Part shown: positions 28,947 to 39,251 of the stretch, piece after piece | Layout: every line of letters begins with the position of its first letter | Position numbering within the stretch: the first letter of the stretch is position 1 | Source of the DNA: an uncultured virus (IMG/VR IMGVR_UViG_3300042053_000001) | Taxonomy: Duplodnaviria; Heunggongvirae; Uroviricota; Caudoviricetes | IMG/VR virus record: IMGVR_UViG_3300042053_000001 | DNA: 64,000 nt | Strand: one strand, 5' to 3' | Translations under genes and position numbers: made by a program | Notes under the pieces: generated by a model | Databases searched by the model: none | The model's input: the letters and a program-made list of their open reading frames with translations, nothing else | What the model was told of the DNA's origin: nothing

Positions 28947-30497
28947 ATGTGGAATGCGAACGATATTATTAACAAGACAAAGATAGATTTAAAAGATAAC
29001 GGAATATTTAAACCTTTGTCAGGTAAAGTTCCTTTTGAATATCAGAAGGTTGCGTCAACTTTAATGTTGTTAAGACCTAGAATGGTTCTAGGAGATGATG
29101 TAGGGCTTGGTAAGACTTTAGAGATGATTCTCTCTATGAGTTATATGAAGTTTAAGAATCCAGAGACTAAGTTTCTTGTTTTCACAGAAATATCTGCTCT
29201 TCATCAATGGCAGAAGGAGTTAAGAGATCTAACCCCTTCTCTTACTTCTATTATAATCACAGCAGAGACGCATAGAGATATTACTAATAGGGTTGCTGTT
29301 ATGAGAAATCATAACAGCGATGTTGTCATTTCTACCTACTCGATGTTGTATAAGCACTGTGAAGATTTGAAGAAGGGTTTACAACCAAGATGGGTGTTTA
29401 TAGCGGATGAACCAGACATATTTAAAAGCATAACATGTATAGCTCACAAAAAGGCTTTTGCCTTAGTGAACAATGAAGGCGGCCCTTGTAGGGCTTATGG
29501 GCTAACCGCTACTTTGGTAGGGAATAGGTTGTCAGAGGCGTATGGTATCTTTAGAGTTATCATGCCTTCGTTAATGCCTAATTATAGAGTTTTTGAGAAT
29601 ATGTTCTGTGTGAAGTACAGGAATCGGATTAGAGGTTATAAAAACTTAGATAGTTTTAAAAGTATAGTTTCAGACCATTTTTTTGGAAGATTACAGGATG
29701 ACCCAAAAGTTGAACAAGAGTTACCAGAAGTAATCACTAAAGATATACCTGTGGTCTGTTCTGTAGATCAATCATGGAAGATTGTAGAAGCTTTTGAAAG
29801 ACTTATAGAAACTGTAGAAGGTTCCGTTAAGAGACTTCTCCCGCTTCCTTCTATTACATATGCTAAGTTAATGACAAATGACCCTAGGTTAAAAGGTTTT
29901 CCAGAGCAAGGTGCAAAGGTAAAAGCTTTACAAGATCTAGTTACAGGAACCCTTAAGGGTAAGAGAGTTATCATTTTCTGTTTCTTTAAAATGATGATTT
30001 TAAATCTGAAAGAGGACTTTAAGAAAATTGGGATTGATAGCCTAAAGATAACTGGAGATGAGAATATTCTTCAGAAGAAACGTGTTGTAGAGAGATTTAT
30101 GTCTGATGGGGATGACCATGTTCCCATACTGTTTATGAATAAAGCAGGTTCTAAAGCTCTTAATCTACAATCCGCAGGGCATGTAGTCTTCTTTGATCTA
30201 CCTTGGGGTTATGATTTATATAGACAAGTAATAGGTCGTGTAAAGAGAACAGGATCTCTCCACTCAAAAATAGGAGTTTTTAGATTCCTAGCTGAACTTC
30301 ACCCAGAGGTAGAGAAAGAGTTTAAATCTAAACGAACGATGGATCATTTTACGTTAGATATCATTCTACGAAAGTTTGAGCTTTGGAAGTCCTTAACAGG
30401 AGACAATAAGACAATGGACAGTGGAGAAGGGGATATAGAAGAGATTTTTAACGATATAATCTCTTCTTATAAGAGAGAGGTACAAAATGAGTTTTAG
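28947..30497 (+). CDS. SNF2-family helicase
   Basis: FEYQK, LGDDVGLGKT, IADEPD, LTAT, LNLQSA, LPW, QVIGRVKRTG. Confidence 0.92.
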   Translation: MWNANDIINKTKIDLKDNGIFKPLSGKVPFEYQKVASTLMLLRPRMVLGDDVGLGKTLEMILSMSYMKFKNPETKFLVFTEISALHQWQKELRDLTPSLTSIIITAETHRDITNRVAVMRNHNSDVVISTYSMLYKHCEDLKKGLQPRWVFIADEPDIFKSITCIAHKKAFALVNNEGGPCRAYGLTATLVGNRLSEAYGIFRVIMPSLMPNYRVFENMFCVKYRNRIRGYKNLDSFKSIVSDHFFGRLQDDPKVEQELPEVITKDIPVVCSVDQSWKIVEAFERLIETVEGSVKRLLPLPSITYAKLMTNDPRLKGFPEQGAKVKALQDLVTGTLKGKRVIIFCFFKMMILNLKEDFKKIGIDSLKITGDENILQKKRVVERFMSDGDDHVPILFMNKAGSKALNLQSAGHVVFFDLPWGYDLYRQVIGRVKRTGSLHSKIGVFRFLAELHPEVEKEFKSKRTMDHFTLDIILRKFELWKSLTGDNKTMDSGEGDIEEIFNDIISSYKREVQNEF

Positions 30498-31047
30498 AGA
30501 AAATTGTCCTGATAGAGAGATATGTGGGTCTACAGGACATATACATACAGAGAAAGGCTATGTTAGATGTAAGTGTCTACAGTTAGAGATGAACGAACAA
30601 AAGTTAGGAAGTATGTTCTGTGAAAATCCTGCTAAGAACTCCCCATTAATAGAATTCTTAGATAAAAATATAATCATCTCTCACCCTTTACAAGCAGCGA
30701 GAAAAATTATTTCAGGTGCGCTTCTTACTCTACTAGATAAGAAAAAAGTCTTTAAGACTATTGATGCTTATAGACTTATAGAGATTCATCTTGAGAAAGA
30801 TTTAGAGTATAGAACGAATTACCCGATTGTTAATTGTGACTTACTGGTAATTCTCTTAGGTTTTGGGGACCCTACTAACAAATATCTTCCTGAACTTCTT
30901 TTACAAGTTCTAAATAGAAGGGAGTTAACTAGAAAGCCTACGTGGGTGTTGCTAGGTTCGACTTTAACGTACGACAATATATATAAAAAGTACTCTGGAG
31001 AATTGCAAGATTACCTAGATACTTTTAGGAAAGTAGGTACAAAATGA
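30487..31047 (+). CDS. Degenerate DnaC/IstB-like helicase loader
   Basis: N-terminal C..C..CxC; CDLLVILLG and LLQVLNRRELTRKPTWV resemble DnaC-family segments; no Walker A; upstream of the helicase. Confidence 0.5.
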   Translation: MSFRENCPDREICGSTGHIHTEKGYVRCKCLQLEMNEQKLGSMFCENPAKNSPLIEFLDKNIIISHPLQAARKIISGALLTLLDKKKVFKTIDAYRLIEIHLEKDLEYRTNYPIVNCDLLVILLGFGDPTNKYLPELLLQVLNRRELTRKPTWVLLGSTLTYDNIYKKYSGELQDYLDTFRKVGTK

Positions 31048-32489
31048 TAAAGGTTTTCAGATCTTTAGTTTATAAGGACAGCGGGGAAAAAGAGAAGTCC
31101 CTAGAAAACTTTAGAAATATGGATGTAGAAAGATTATTGAATCTAACACCTCCAGAGTCTTTATTGTGGACGACTTTATCAGATTTTTGTTTTAATTCTG
31201 GAGAGACTCCAAGTCTTCAACATTTACAAGATGTGTTTGAAGGCTTGAATAACGTTCAAGTAGGGTTGATTCTTGATGAGATGGAAGAACAACCTTTTTA
31301 TGAAGGGGCTAGCTTTCTAGCTTGTTTCGAGTTTGAAGTAGAAGCACAGTCTTTAACCTCTTTCCAAGCGATTGTAAGAACCTCTGTAGACATTGCTAAT
31401 CGTCCTAAGGATTCAAAGCAAGGGGGAGGTGTTTCACAAGCTGTCAGCTATCTATTCACAGAGGCAAAACCTACACCTATGATTAGTACAGGTCGTCTTT
31501 CTCATATAATGACAGAGAATAAAGATGACTTGAGTAAGCTTTATTGGTCGAGAAAGAACAGCCCTACAAGAGGGTATGGTATATCAACTGGACTTTCTTT
31601 ATTTGATGAGTCAACAGGAGGGTTGAGAAAGAAGCAACTTCATTTACTAGCAGGTTTTGGTGGTCATTTAAAATCTACTTTAATGTTTAATATGATTGTT
31701 AATAGTTGTGTAGATGGTTGGAACCCTATCTTGTTTACTTCAGAGATGCCTGCTGAGGATGTCCAGCAAACACTTATATGTATCCATAGTACAAACCCAA
31801 AGTTCAAAGGAGTATGTAACCCTGTACCCTCTAACAAGCTGTTATTAGGAGATATGACACAAAAACAGGAAGAAGACTACGAGATAGTAAAGGAAGATTT
31901 TCTTACAAATAAAGAGCATGGTAAAATCCGGGTTATTGACAGTGCTGATTTCTCAACTTTTGGTTCTATTAAACAAAGGGTTATGAGAGAACACAGTGAA
32001 AATGAAATTGATATTCTTTGGATTGATTACCTAACGAGACTCCCTGTAGATCTTAGTTATAAAAGTATGGATATGACATCCGCTAGGAATGAAATCATTG
32101 CAGATGCTAAAAGGTTTGCCATGTCTTTTAATGGTGGGGAAGGGTTACCTGTTTGCACACCTTTTCAGGTCAATCGAGAAGGGTTCAAGAAAGCTAAAGT
32201 TACAGAAGGGAAGATGGATTCAACGGCATTAGCTCAGTACAATGCAGCAGAGAAAGAAGCTGATGCTATTTTTTATGTGTTTTATGGTGAGGAGGAGATG
32301 AAGACCAAAGAGCCAAAGATAGGTATTATGAAATCTAGGTATGGTTTTCTACCTCCAGACCCTCTTAGTGTGTATGTAGACCCTGATAGTCGGAGAGTCT
32401 TTGATTTAGCAACAGGACTAAGTTCTAGTTCAAACTCGTTTGATTTCAACAATTCTCCAAATACACTAGATGAGGAGACAGTTATATGA
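31044..32489 (+). CDS. dnaB: DnaB-like replicative helicase
   Basis: GISTGL..FDESTGGL, AGFGGHLKST, FTSEM, WIDYL, QVNREG, EKEAD, KSRYG. Confidence 0.9.
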   Translation: MIKVFRSLVYKDSGEKEKSLENFRNMDVERLLNLTPPESLLWTTLSDFCFNSGETPSLQHLQDVFEGLNNVQVGLILDEMEEQPFYEGASFLACFEFEVEAQSLTSFQAIVRTSVDIANRPKDSKQGGGVSQAVSYLFTEAKPTPMISTGRLSHIMTENKDDLSKLYWSRKNSPTRGYGISTGLSLFDESTGGLRKKQLHLLAGFGGHLKSTLMFNMIVNSCVDGWNPILFTSEMPAEDVQQTLICIHSTNPKFKGVCNPVPSNKLLLGDMTQKQEEDYEIVKEDFLTNKEHGKIRVIDSADFSTFGSIKQRVMREHSENEIDILWIDYLTRLPVDLSYKSMDMTSARNEIIADAKRFAMSFNGGEGLPVCTPFQVNREGFKKAKVTEGKMDSTALAQYNAAEKEADAIFYVFYGEEEMKTKEPKIGIMKSRYGFLPPDPLSVYVDPDSRRVFDLATGLSSSSNSFDFNNSPNTLDEETVI

Positions 32490-33013
32490 GTCAACTGCAA
32501 GAAATTGATGTTGCTAAGTTTCTGTATTTGGCAGGAATAAAGTTTTCAGAGAAAGAAGGAAGGATGTCAATCTTGTGTCCTTTTCATGATGATACAAGAC
32601 CTTCAGCAAGTGTGTATAAAGATACTCAGAGATTTCACTGTTTTAAGTGTGATTTACATCTAGACCTAATTTCTTTCTACGCAAAGCTACATAAGGTTAG
32701 TAGAGATCAAGCCTCTAAAATTCTTAGTAGATTGGAAGACCCAGAAACACAGGAAAAGAACAGGATAGAGGAAAAGGAGAACAAGTTATCGAAAAAGATT
32801 GAGGAAAGGTTGGTAAATAAGTTAAAACCTTATAAGAAGTGTTTAGGAATGGTGTTATATGCAAAAATGTTAGAAAGTATAGACGCTTCTATGTGGTGCT
32901 ACTCGAAAAAAGAGTTACCATTTGAAGACATTAAAAATTTCGAAAAGAAATGGGAAGATAAATTACAGGAGATACTCGATGGACGTAAATTACAAGTTAG
33001 CGAAAAGTGTTAA
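32486..33013 (+). CDS. CHC2 zinc-finger protein (primase Zn-binding domain, stand-alone)
   Basis: CPFHDDTRPS...FHCFKC; no TOPRIM domain in this ORF. Confidence 0.88.
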   Translation: MSQLQEIDVAKFLYLAGIKFSEKEGRMSILCPFHDDTRPSASVYKDTQRFHCFKCDLHLDLISFYAKLHKVSRDQASKILSRLEDPETQEKNRIEEKENKLSKKIEERLVNKLKPYKKCLGMVLYAKMLESIDASMWCYSKKELPFEDIKNFEKKWEDKLQEILDGRKLQVSEKC

Positions 33014-35225
33014 AGACATAGAAGATTACATAGAGGAGTTTCCTCAGGAACATCCTTATTTTGGTTTAGATACAGAGACTACAGGGTTAGATACCAATAT
33101 CGCAGGATTAGTTGGGATATCTATTAGTACTAAAGAGGGTACAGGGTTATATATCCCTATCGGTCACACAGATACAGTTAATCTTCCAGTACATGAGTGT
33201 TGGAATATCATTAGCAAATTAAAGAACCCTGTCTTTTTCAATGCTAAGTTTGATTTAAATGTTTTAGAAACTGCTTTAGGTTTTCTTTTAGAAGGTACGT
33301 TCGAGGATGTACTAGAGATAGCATACATAGACGACTCTAACCAGAAACAAAAAGGTTTAAAATATCTTTCTCTAGTTAAATTAGGGTTTGAGATGGATGA
33401 ACTCGATTCTTTATTCACTGAGCAAGAGATAAAAGCTAATTTAAAGAATATATCTACAAAAACAGGGGAAGCGTGTGTTAATTATGCATGTGCGGATGCA
33501 GACGCTACACTTAGGTTACGAAACTACTACCAGCCTGTTTATGAAGAATATAAATCTGTTATAGAGTTAGACTATAGAGTTACAAACGTAGTAAGAAGGA
33601 TGGAGTCTGTAGGAGGCTTGGAGATTGATGAAGATTTTGTAACTAAGACATATGACACATTAATTAGAATTAAAACTGAGCTACAGGATAATGTCTTCAG
33701 GATATCTGGAAGGTCTTTCAATATCGGGTCACCTCAACAGCTTGCAACGATATTGTTTGAAGAGTTGAAAATCCCTAGCCAAGGAAAAACTAAGACAGGT
33801 AAGTATAAGACAGGTGAGGAAGTATTGAAGGAATTGTCAGGGACATACCCTATTGTCGAATATGTCTTATCGTATAGAAAAGTGGCAAGGTCAATTTCTT
33901 CTGATTTTGAAAAATTTAGGTTCTTAATAAAGACTGAAAAGCCTGTGAGATTTGCGTTTAACACTGTTTCAGTTCCTACGTTTAGATTTTCAGCCCCTGG
34001 AGGAGATCCTAATGAAGACGGGTTTTCAGGATTACCTATTCAAGCCATGTCTAAAGGAGAGGAGAGAAGTTTTCCTGCTGTAGACTTATCAAGGAAGGTG
34101 GATAAAGAAACCGAAAAGGCTTACTTAGAAGATTCAGAATTAGAGGAAGACTGGGATATAGACTGGGATGAATTATCAGAAACCTGTTCTTCTGGCGAAA
34201 TCTCACTGGAAAATGGAAAATCACTTAATAGAGGTGAGTTATCAGAAACAAACCCCTTCAGTGAAATTTCACCAGAAAAGGTAGAACCTCTTAATATGGA
34301 AGAGATTATTAAGTTACCTCATGTTGTGCCTTATAAGAACGGTCGTTTTGTTTGTATAAGAAATGTGTGCTCAGGTTGTCCAGCGGTGTGCAAAGATTTA
34401 GGGATAGACACTACACGAAGAATCTTAGAAGGGTTACCTATTATCCCTTCGTGCCGTAAAGCTTTTAAAGCACCTAAAGGGTATAAGATTGTCTCTTTAG
34501 ATTACAAGTCTCAAGAACTAGTTATTCTGACAAACTTCTGTAAAGATCCTTTATACGTAGAAGCTTTTAACCAAGGAGATGACGTTCATTTAAATGCAGC
34601 AGCCTACGCTTTTTCACTAGAAAAAGAAGATCTTGCTAAGATGAAGGTCGAGGATCCTGAGAAGTACAGTAGGGTAAGGAGTGCTGGGAAGACTTTGAAC
34701 TTTTCTATTCTTTATGGTGCCAGCTCTGCAAAAATATCAGAGAACTTAGGTGTAAATTTAAAGAGAGCAGAAGAAATAATAACAAAATTTAATTCTAGCT
34801 TTTCTACTTTGTCAGACTGGTTAGGGAGATGTAAAAGTTTTACAAGAACCAACGGGTATACAACTACTTACTTCGGTAGAAAGCGCTGGCTTCAACAGGA
34901 GTATGGTGATCCTAGTTTCCTAGATAGATCATCTGTTAACACTAAGATTCAAGGAACAGCAGCTGAGGTAACAAGAATAGCGCTGGTAAAGGTAGATAAA
35001 AAACTTAAAGAAAATGATATCTTCTCGAATGAATGTCGTTTAGTTATGCAGATTCACGATGAACTCTCTTATATAATAAGGGAAGAATCCATAGATAAGG
35101 TTATCCCTATTATCAAAGAGGCTATGGAGTTCAAAGTTAAGGGGTGGGTTGTGCAACTAACTGTTGATTGTAAGATAGGGGATTCGTGGGGTCTTCAAGA
35201 AGATTACACCTTCTCAGATATGTAA
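32979..35225 (+). CDS. polA: Family A DNA polymerase with 3'-5' exonuclease (ATG 32979, AGGAG RBS; ORF open from 32922)
   Basis: LDTETTGL, FNAKFD, YACADA; motif A SLDYKSQEL, motif B RSAGKTLNFSILYG, motif C QIHDEL. Confidence 0.95.
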   Translation: MDVNYKLAKSVKDIEDYIEEFPQEHPYFGLDTETTGLDTNIAGLVGISISTKEGTGLYIPIGHTDTVNLPVHECWNIISKLKNPVFFNAKFDLNVLETALGFLLEGTFEDVLEIAYIDDSNQKQKGLKYLSLVKLGFEMDELDSLFTEQEIKANLKNISTKTGEACVNYACADADATLRLRNYYQPVYEEYKSVIELDYRVTNVVRRMESVGGLEIDEDFVTKTYDTLIRIKTELQDNVFRISGRSFNIGSPQQLATILFEELKIPSQGKTKTGKYKTGEEVLKELSGTYPIVEYVLSYRKVARSISSDFEKFRFLIKTEKPVRFAFNTVSVPTFRFSAPGGDPNEDGFSGLPIQAMSKGEERSFPAVDLSRKVDKETEKAYLEDSELEEDWDIDWDELSETCSSGEISLENGKSLNRGELSETNPFSEISPEKVEPLNMEEIIKLPHVVPYKNGRFVCIRNVCSGCPAVCKDLGIDTTRRILEGLPIIPSCRKAFKAPKGYKIVSLDYKSQELVILTNFCKDPLYVEAFNQGDDVHLNAAAYAFSLEKEDLAKMKVEDPEKYSRVRSAGKTLNFSILYGASSAKISENLGVNLKRAEEIITKFNSSFSTLSDWLGRCKSFTRTNGYTTTYFGRKRWLQQEYGDPSFLDRSSVNTKIQGTAAEVTRIALVKVDKKLKENDIFSNECRLVMQIHDELSYIIREESIDKVIPIIKEAMEFKVKGWVVQLTVDCKIGDSWGLQEDYTFSDM

Positions 35226-35234
35226 GGTGTACTA

Positions 35235-35966
35235 ATGAAGATAAACAGTTTTTTCAGACTCGTTGTAGAGAGTAGTCAATCACACCTAACAGTCGTATGT
35301 CCAGAATCTTTAGGGGTAAACTCGTCTTTAAGAAAGGTTTTAAACAGGATCAGCAATCATCACGATCAGATCTTTGTAAATGCACAAGGGTTAACAGTGA
35401 GTGAGGCTAAAGACCTTATAAACCAAACTTCATTTTCCCCTAAAGGGTGTTCAGATAGAACACACGTATTTGTGTTTAACACTGAGAGGATATCTAGACT
35501 TATAGTCTCTATCCTACTAAAGAGTGTAGAAGAGTCTAAATGCTGTAGGTGGATCTTTCAAACAAGTTATCTGAGAGAAGATGTTCTACCTGTGTTTAGC
35601 AGAACGAAAGTATGTCACATCCCTTTTCTTTCTAGAAAAGTTGTGTTGGCTAACCTTCAGAAGTCTGGTAAGGATGCTAGCAGTGTGGATGAGTTAAACC
35701 TATATGATGGGACTATAGATGGTACTATCGAAGGCTTGGTGAACAGTTCTAAGATATCCACGTTAAAAGACCTTCTAAGAGAGCGGTCATCTTATGCAGT
35801 GTCTGATTTATTATCAGACAAGGTGTTGTTTGATAAGGAGATACTTCTAAAGTTCGTTAAAGAAGGTTTAACGAGGGAGGAGGAGGTTTTTCTAGATAGA
35901 GATAAAAACTCCATAAGCAGACTTAGGCTCTTAATGTTCTCTCTATTAAAAGCAGGGAGGATATAA
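35235..35966 (+). CDS. Clamp-loader delta-prime (HolB)-like subunit
   Basis: LTVSEAKDL...SP...HVFVFNTERI...ILLKSVEE...WIFQT...LPVFSR, a degenerate AAA+ clamp-loader pattern. Confidence 0.6.
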   Translation: MKINSFFRLVVESSQSHLTVVCPESLGVNSSLRKVLNRISNHHDQIFVNAQGLTVSEAKDLINQTSFSPKGCSDRTHVFVFNTERISRLIVSILLKSVEESKCCRWIFQTSYLREDVLPVFSRTKVCHIPFLSRKVVLANLQKSGKDASSVDELNLYDGTIDGTIEGLVNSSKISTLKDLLRERSSYAVSDLLSDKVLFDKEILLKFVKEGLTREEEVFLDRDKNSISRLRLLMFSLLKAGRI

Positions 35967-36890
35967 ATGAAGTCAAGTAGATTGGATCAAGAGACTTTGT
36001 TAGATAGAAGTTCACTCGTTCTGAAAAGCAGTCTTAAAAATTTAGGTTCTGTAACTTTGGCTAAAGCTACACCGAATTTTAAACATCAGTTCTATCTTCT
36101 AGGAAGAGTCATATCTTTTAAGCTAGGTATGAAGCCAATAGTGTTTGACCGTTCTGTAGACACTCCTGAATATGTAGGGAGTGTTCTTCAGGACTATGAC
36201 ATCTTTAATCCAAGGGGTGTAAGGTTCTTTATCTTAGAAGGGTTCTGTACCAAGTGGATTGGAAAGTTAACTCTTCAAGAGAATACATTTATCCTAGCGA
36301 GTTCGAGTAATGAAGGTTTACCTTCTGCTTTCTTTAATAAGAAAGGGTTAAGATCATTCTTAAAAATCTTGTGGGGTATCACAAAGATTAATGAGGGTCA
36401 CATTACTTTGAAAGAGTTACAGTCTTTAGACTTATCAAGTTTCACTTCATATTGTGAGATTGAGATTCTGACTAATATCTTATCTGTCACACAACCTTCT
36501 CTAAGAGACATAGAGTCGAAGATGGATAAAGTAAACCGGGTAAACCTACTTACTTTATTAAAAAAAGCTCCAGTAGAAGAGGTTATTAAAACTCTAAGAA
36601 GAGTAGGTCATCTTTCTTGTATGACTATGTTAATTAACACAGTCAGCGACTTCGTTCTCTACAGATTACTTTTATCTTCTGAGGGAAGTCATGAGGTTGC
36701 TTTACAAAGGCTGGATATAAGTATGTACAGCCCTCGTTCCAAAGAGTTTATGGAATTGACCAGTCTTTACTCTATACAGGATCTAGGTTTAGTTATAGAT
36801 AGACTAGTGAAGTTCGATAAGTATATCTATACGTTACATGATGTAGCTATAGAGTTGTTTTTTCTAAACATAACATTAAGGAGAAGATAA
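35967..36890 (+). CDS. Possible clamp-loader delta (HolA)-like subunit
   Basis: 307 aa, adjacent to the HolB-like gene; DIFNPRGVRFFILE and helical C-terminal collar; weak resemblance. Confidence 0.4.
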   Translation: MKSSRLDQETLLDRSSLVLKSSLKNLGSVTLAKATPNFKHQFYLLGRVISFKLGMKPIVFDRSVDTPEYVGSVLQDYDIFNPRGVRFFILEGFCTKWIGKLTLQENTFILASSSNEGLPSAFFNKKGLRSFLKILWGITKINEGHITLKELQSLDLSSFTSYCEIEILTNILSVTQPSLRDIESKMDKVNRVNLLTLLKKAPVEEVIKTLRRVGHLSCMTMLINTVSDFVLYRLLLSSEGSHEVALQRLDISMYSPRSKEFMELTSLYSIQDLGLVIDRLVKFDKYIYTLHDVAIELFFLNITLRRR

Positions 36891-37427
36891 ATGACAGATT
36901 CACAGGAAGGATTTTCAATAGAAAAAGCGGTAACGGTCAGATCTAAATTGAGGGAGTTATTTTCCGAAGTAGGATGTATGGAAATAGATTTATCAGATGA
37001 TACATCTTTTTATACTGCAGATTATATTAGGGAGAAGCTTGCGAGAGTTAGTTCGTTATGTGAGAGGATAGCCGATATTCAGTGTGAGATAATTCCTTTA
37101 AAGCTTCTTTCTAGAGCAGCCTTTGAAACATTAAAAGTCGATCTTACTTATGAAAAGGCTAAGTTCAAGGCTTCAGAAGAGTACGAGATTATAAGTAGAG
37201 ATAAAAGGGAATTTTGGTTAGTTGGAAAGGTAAGCACTATTTCAAAACTATATAACGAGTGGTATGACACTGTGAGTGAAGCAAAGATAGTTATTGATGC
37301 TATCAAAGAAAAAGGTTCAGCTTACAAACGTATAGATTCTGATTTAAGGTTGCATGCAAAGATTCTTTCTTCTACAGTCATAAGCTCACCTTCAGGAACA
37401 ACTGAGAATCTAACATTTGATATATAA
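36891..37427 (+). CDS. Hypothetical helical/coiled-coil protein
   Basis: 178-aa ORF, AGGAG RBS, abuts the previous stop. Confidence 0.7.
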   Translation: MTDSQEGFSIEKAVTVRSKLRELFSEVGCMEIDLSDDTSFYTADYIREKLARVSSLCERIADIQCEIIPLKLLSRAAFETLKVDLTYEKAKFKASEEYEIISRDKREFWLVGKVSTISKLYNEWYDTVSEAKIVIDAIKEKGSAYKRIDSDLRLHAKILSSTVISSPSGTTENLTFDI

Positions 37428-37881
37428 TAAGAGAGGACTTATGAGGCAGCGGAAAAAACAAGATCCTATAAGAACAACAGAAGAGACATCTGGAATGGAC
37501 TTTGTGTACTTTACAATGTCAGATGCTGTAGATAAGATGGGTAGACCTAGGAAGAAGGGAAGTAGAAGGAAGCTTTCTGTTAAGAATTCAAAAGCGTTAT
37601 TCCACATAGCTATGAGAGCAGTTCTGGAAGTACTCTATAAAGAAGGTTCCGTCAGATTAGGGGATGGGTTTGGCACTTTAAAAATTGTAATTCTACCACC
37701 TTCTCTCTACAAACTACCCTCAGGACATATTATAGAGAAGGGTTCAAGAAAGAAGGTAAAATTTAGTGAAGGGATTGTTGTAAAAGCTGCTATGAAAGAG
37801 GACATATCGTTTGAGGAAATATATGAAAAAAGAGAAAGGAAAAGTAATTATAGAGGAAGATACAAGGATTTTATTCAATAA
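37417..37881 (+). CDS. HU/IHF-like DNA-binding protein (true start probably 37441 or later)
   Basis: EVLYKEGSVRLGDGFGTLKIV...G..IE..SRKKVKFSEG. Confidence 0.75.
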   Translation: MIYNKRGLMRQRKKQDPIRTTEETSGMDFVYFTMSDAVDKMGRPRKKGSRRKLSVKNSKALFHIAMRAVLEVLYKEGSVRLGDGFGTLKIVILPPSLYKLPSGHIIEKGSRKKVKFSEGIVVKAAMKEDISFEEIYEKRERKSNYRGRYKDFIQ

Positions 37882-37912
37882 ATACAAAAATCTTGTTTTT
37901 ATTGAAAGTATA

Positions 37913-37942
37913 ATATAATATAGTAAGGTTACTATATTATAT
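37913..37942. promoter_or_regulatory. Perfect 14-bp inverted repeat overlapping TATAAT boxes (operator- or origin-like)
   Basis: atataatatagtaa-gg-ttactatattatat in the AT-rich gap 37882-37972. Confidence 0.7.
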
Positions 37943-37972
37943 AAACATAGTTACTTAAAAAGGAAATGTAAA

Positions 37973-38698
37973 ATGCAAGAAGAAACCAGAGACAAAACCA
38001 GTCATATAAAAATGGCGAAGATGGGGGATAAATCAGAGACAGTTGTAATCCCTAAATTCTCAGCAGAGAGTGGAAAGACATACCGTGTCTGTATCCCAAC
38101 GAATCAATTCCCTAAAAGTCTAACCTTCTATGACAAAGTTAGACCTAACAAGAACCTTTTTAAAGCTCCTTCAGACCAGAATCTATGTAATAAAATAGAA
38201 CACTGTCTCGGGACACATCCGAAAGAGTTCTTTGTCATTGTTCTTTTTGTATACCATGCTAATAATGATGGAGAGCTTCTACCTCTACAAGTTCATCAGG
38301 GTGAACTTTACCACTGGAAAATTTCAAATATTAAGTGGAAGAAGTTAGGGATATTAAATAACAGGTCAACCATCATTAATGACGGGAGACAAAGCCAGCA
38401 AGTAGATCTTTTGTTAAGGCTAGAGGGAGACCCTCAATGGCAGAACATTGAGATGGATCTAGCAAAAGATGCAGCTTTTAAGAGAGACGATGCATCTTAT
38501 GTATTCGCTACTAAAGGTGTGCCACACGCACTGTCTATGTGCCAAGATAAGTTAGGTTTCCATATCTCAGACCAAGAGTTAGAAGAGTATTATTCATTTG
38601 AATCTCCCAAAAATTTTGGTCAGGTTATTGTTGACAAAGATTTTACACCACATGGATCAGAGGACAAAGATCCATTAGACGGTATCTTAGACATATAG
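37973..38698 (+). CDS. Putative single-stranded DNA-binding protein
   Basis: 241 aa in the recombination cluster; acidic/hydrophobic C-tail EDKDPLDGILDI; family not firmly recognised. Confidence 0.45.
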   Translation: MQEETRDKTSHIKMAKMGDKSETVVIPKFSAESGKTYRVCIPTNQFPKSLTFYDKVRPNKNLFKAPSDQNLCNKIEHCLGTHPKEFFVIVLFVYHANNDGELLPLQVHQGELYHWKISNIKWKKLGILNNRSTIINDGRQSQQVDLLLRLEGDPQWQNIEMDLAKDAAFKRDDASYVFATKGVPHALSMCQDKLGFHISDQELEEYYSFESPKNFGQVIVDKDFTPHGSEDKDPLDGILDI

Positions 38699-38702
38699 GG
38701 TT

Positions 38703-39251
38703 ATGCCATTAATTCTAGGGATAGACCCATCTTTAAGGCATACAGGTCTTTGTCTTAAAGATGGGAATAACTTAACTTTTCACGAAATAAAAACTAAGTC
38801 TTTAGATGTGCTATCTGCAAGCGAACTTATAAGAGAAGAGTTCTTTAAGTTTGTTGAGGAAACAGGTTGTAGCAATTGTTCCGTGAGTATGGAGAAGCAG
38901 CTCAGTGTAGGTGCTAGCTATTCCTCGTTAATGTTCCATGTCCAAATGAATATGTTACAGGCCATTAAATTGCAGTGGGTTAAACCTTTCAATTTAATCA
39001 TGCCGTTACCAGTTCATCTTCTTTCATATTTAAAGAGAGTGTACGGTCTAAAACCTTCTAGAGAAGCTTCTCCTGTAGTCAAGTTGTTTAAGGAGACGAC
39101 TCTTTATCAAGACAGAGTATCTGTACATTGTGTAGACGCTTACTATCTCGCAGAGATAGGAGAGAAAATCATACGAGGTGAGCATTCATACAATAAGCCT
39201 AAGAAAGAGAAAAATTTAACTCCATGGAGGATATTAGATGGAACAGAGTAA
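38703..39251 (+). CDS. ruvC: RuvC-like Holliday junction resolvase
   Basis: ILGIDPSLRHTG, conserved E (SMEKQ), C-terminal DAY. Confidence 0.85.
   Translation: MPLILGIDPSLRHTGLCLKDGNNLTFHEIKTKSLDVLSASELIREEFFKFVEETGCSNCSVSMEKQLSVGASYSSLMFHVQMNMLQAIKLQWVKPFNLIMPLPVHLLSYLKRVYGLKPSREASPVVKLFKETTLYQDRVSVHCVDAYYLAEIGEKIIRGEHSYNKPKKEKNLTPWRILDGTE

Noticed and set aside
34050..34454. Second intein, in PolA
   Set aside because: No intein block A/B motifs and no C-terminal HN|C/S/T
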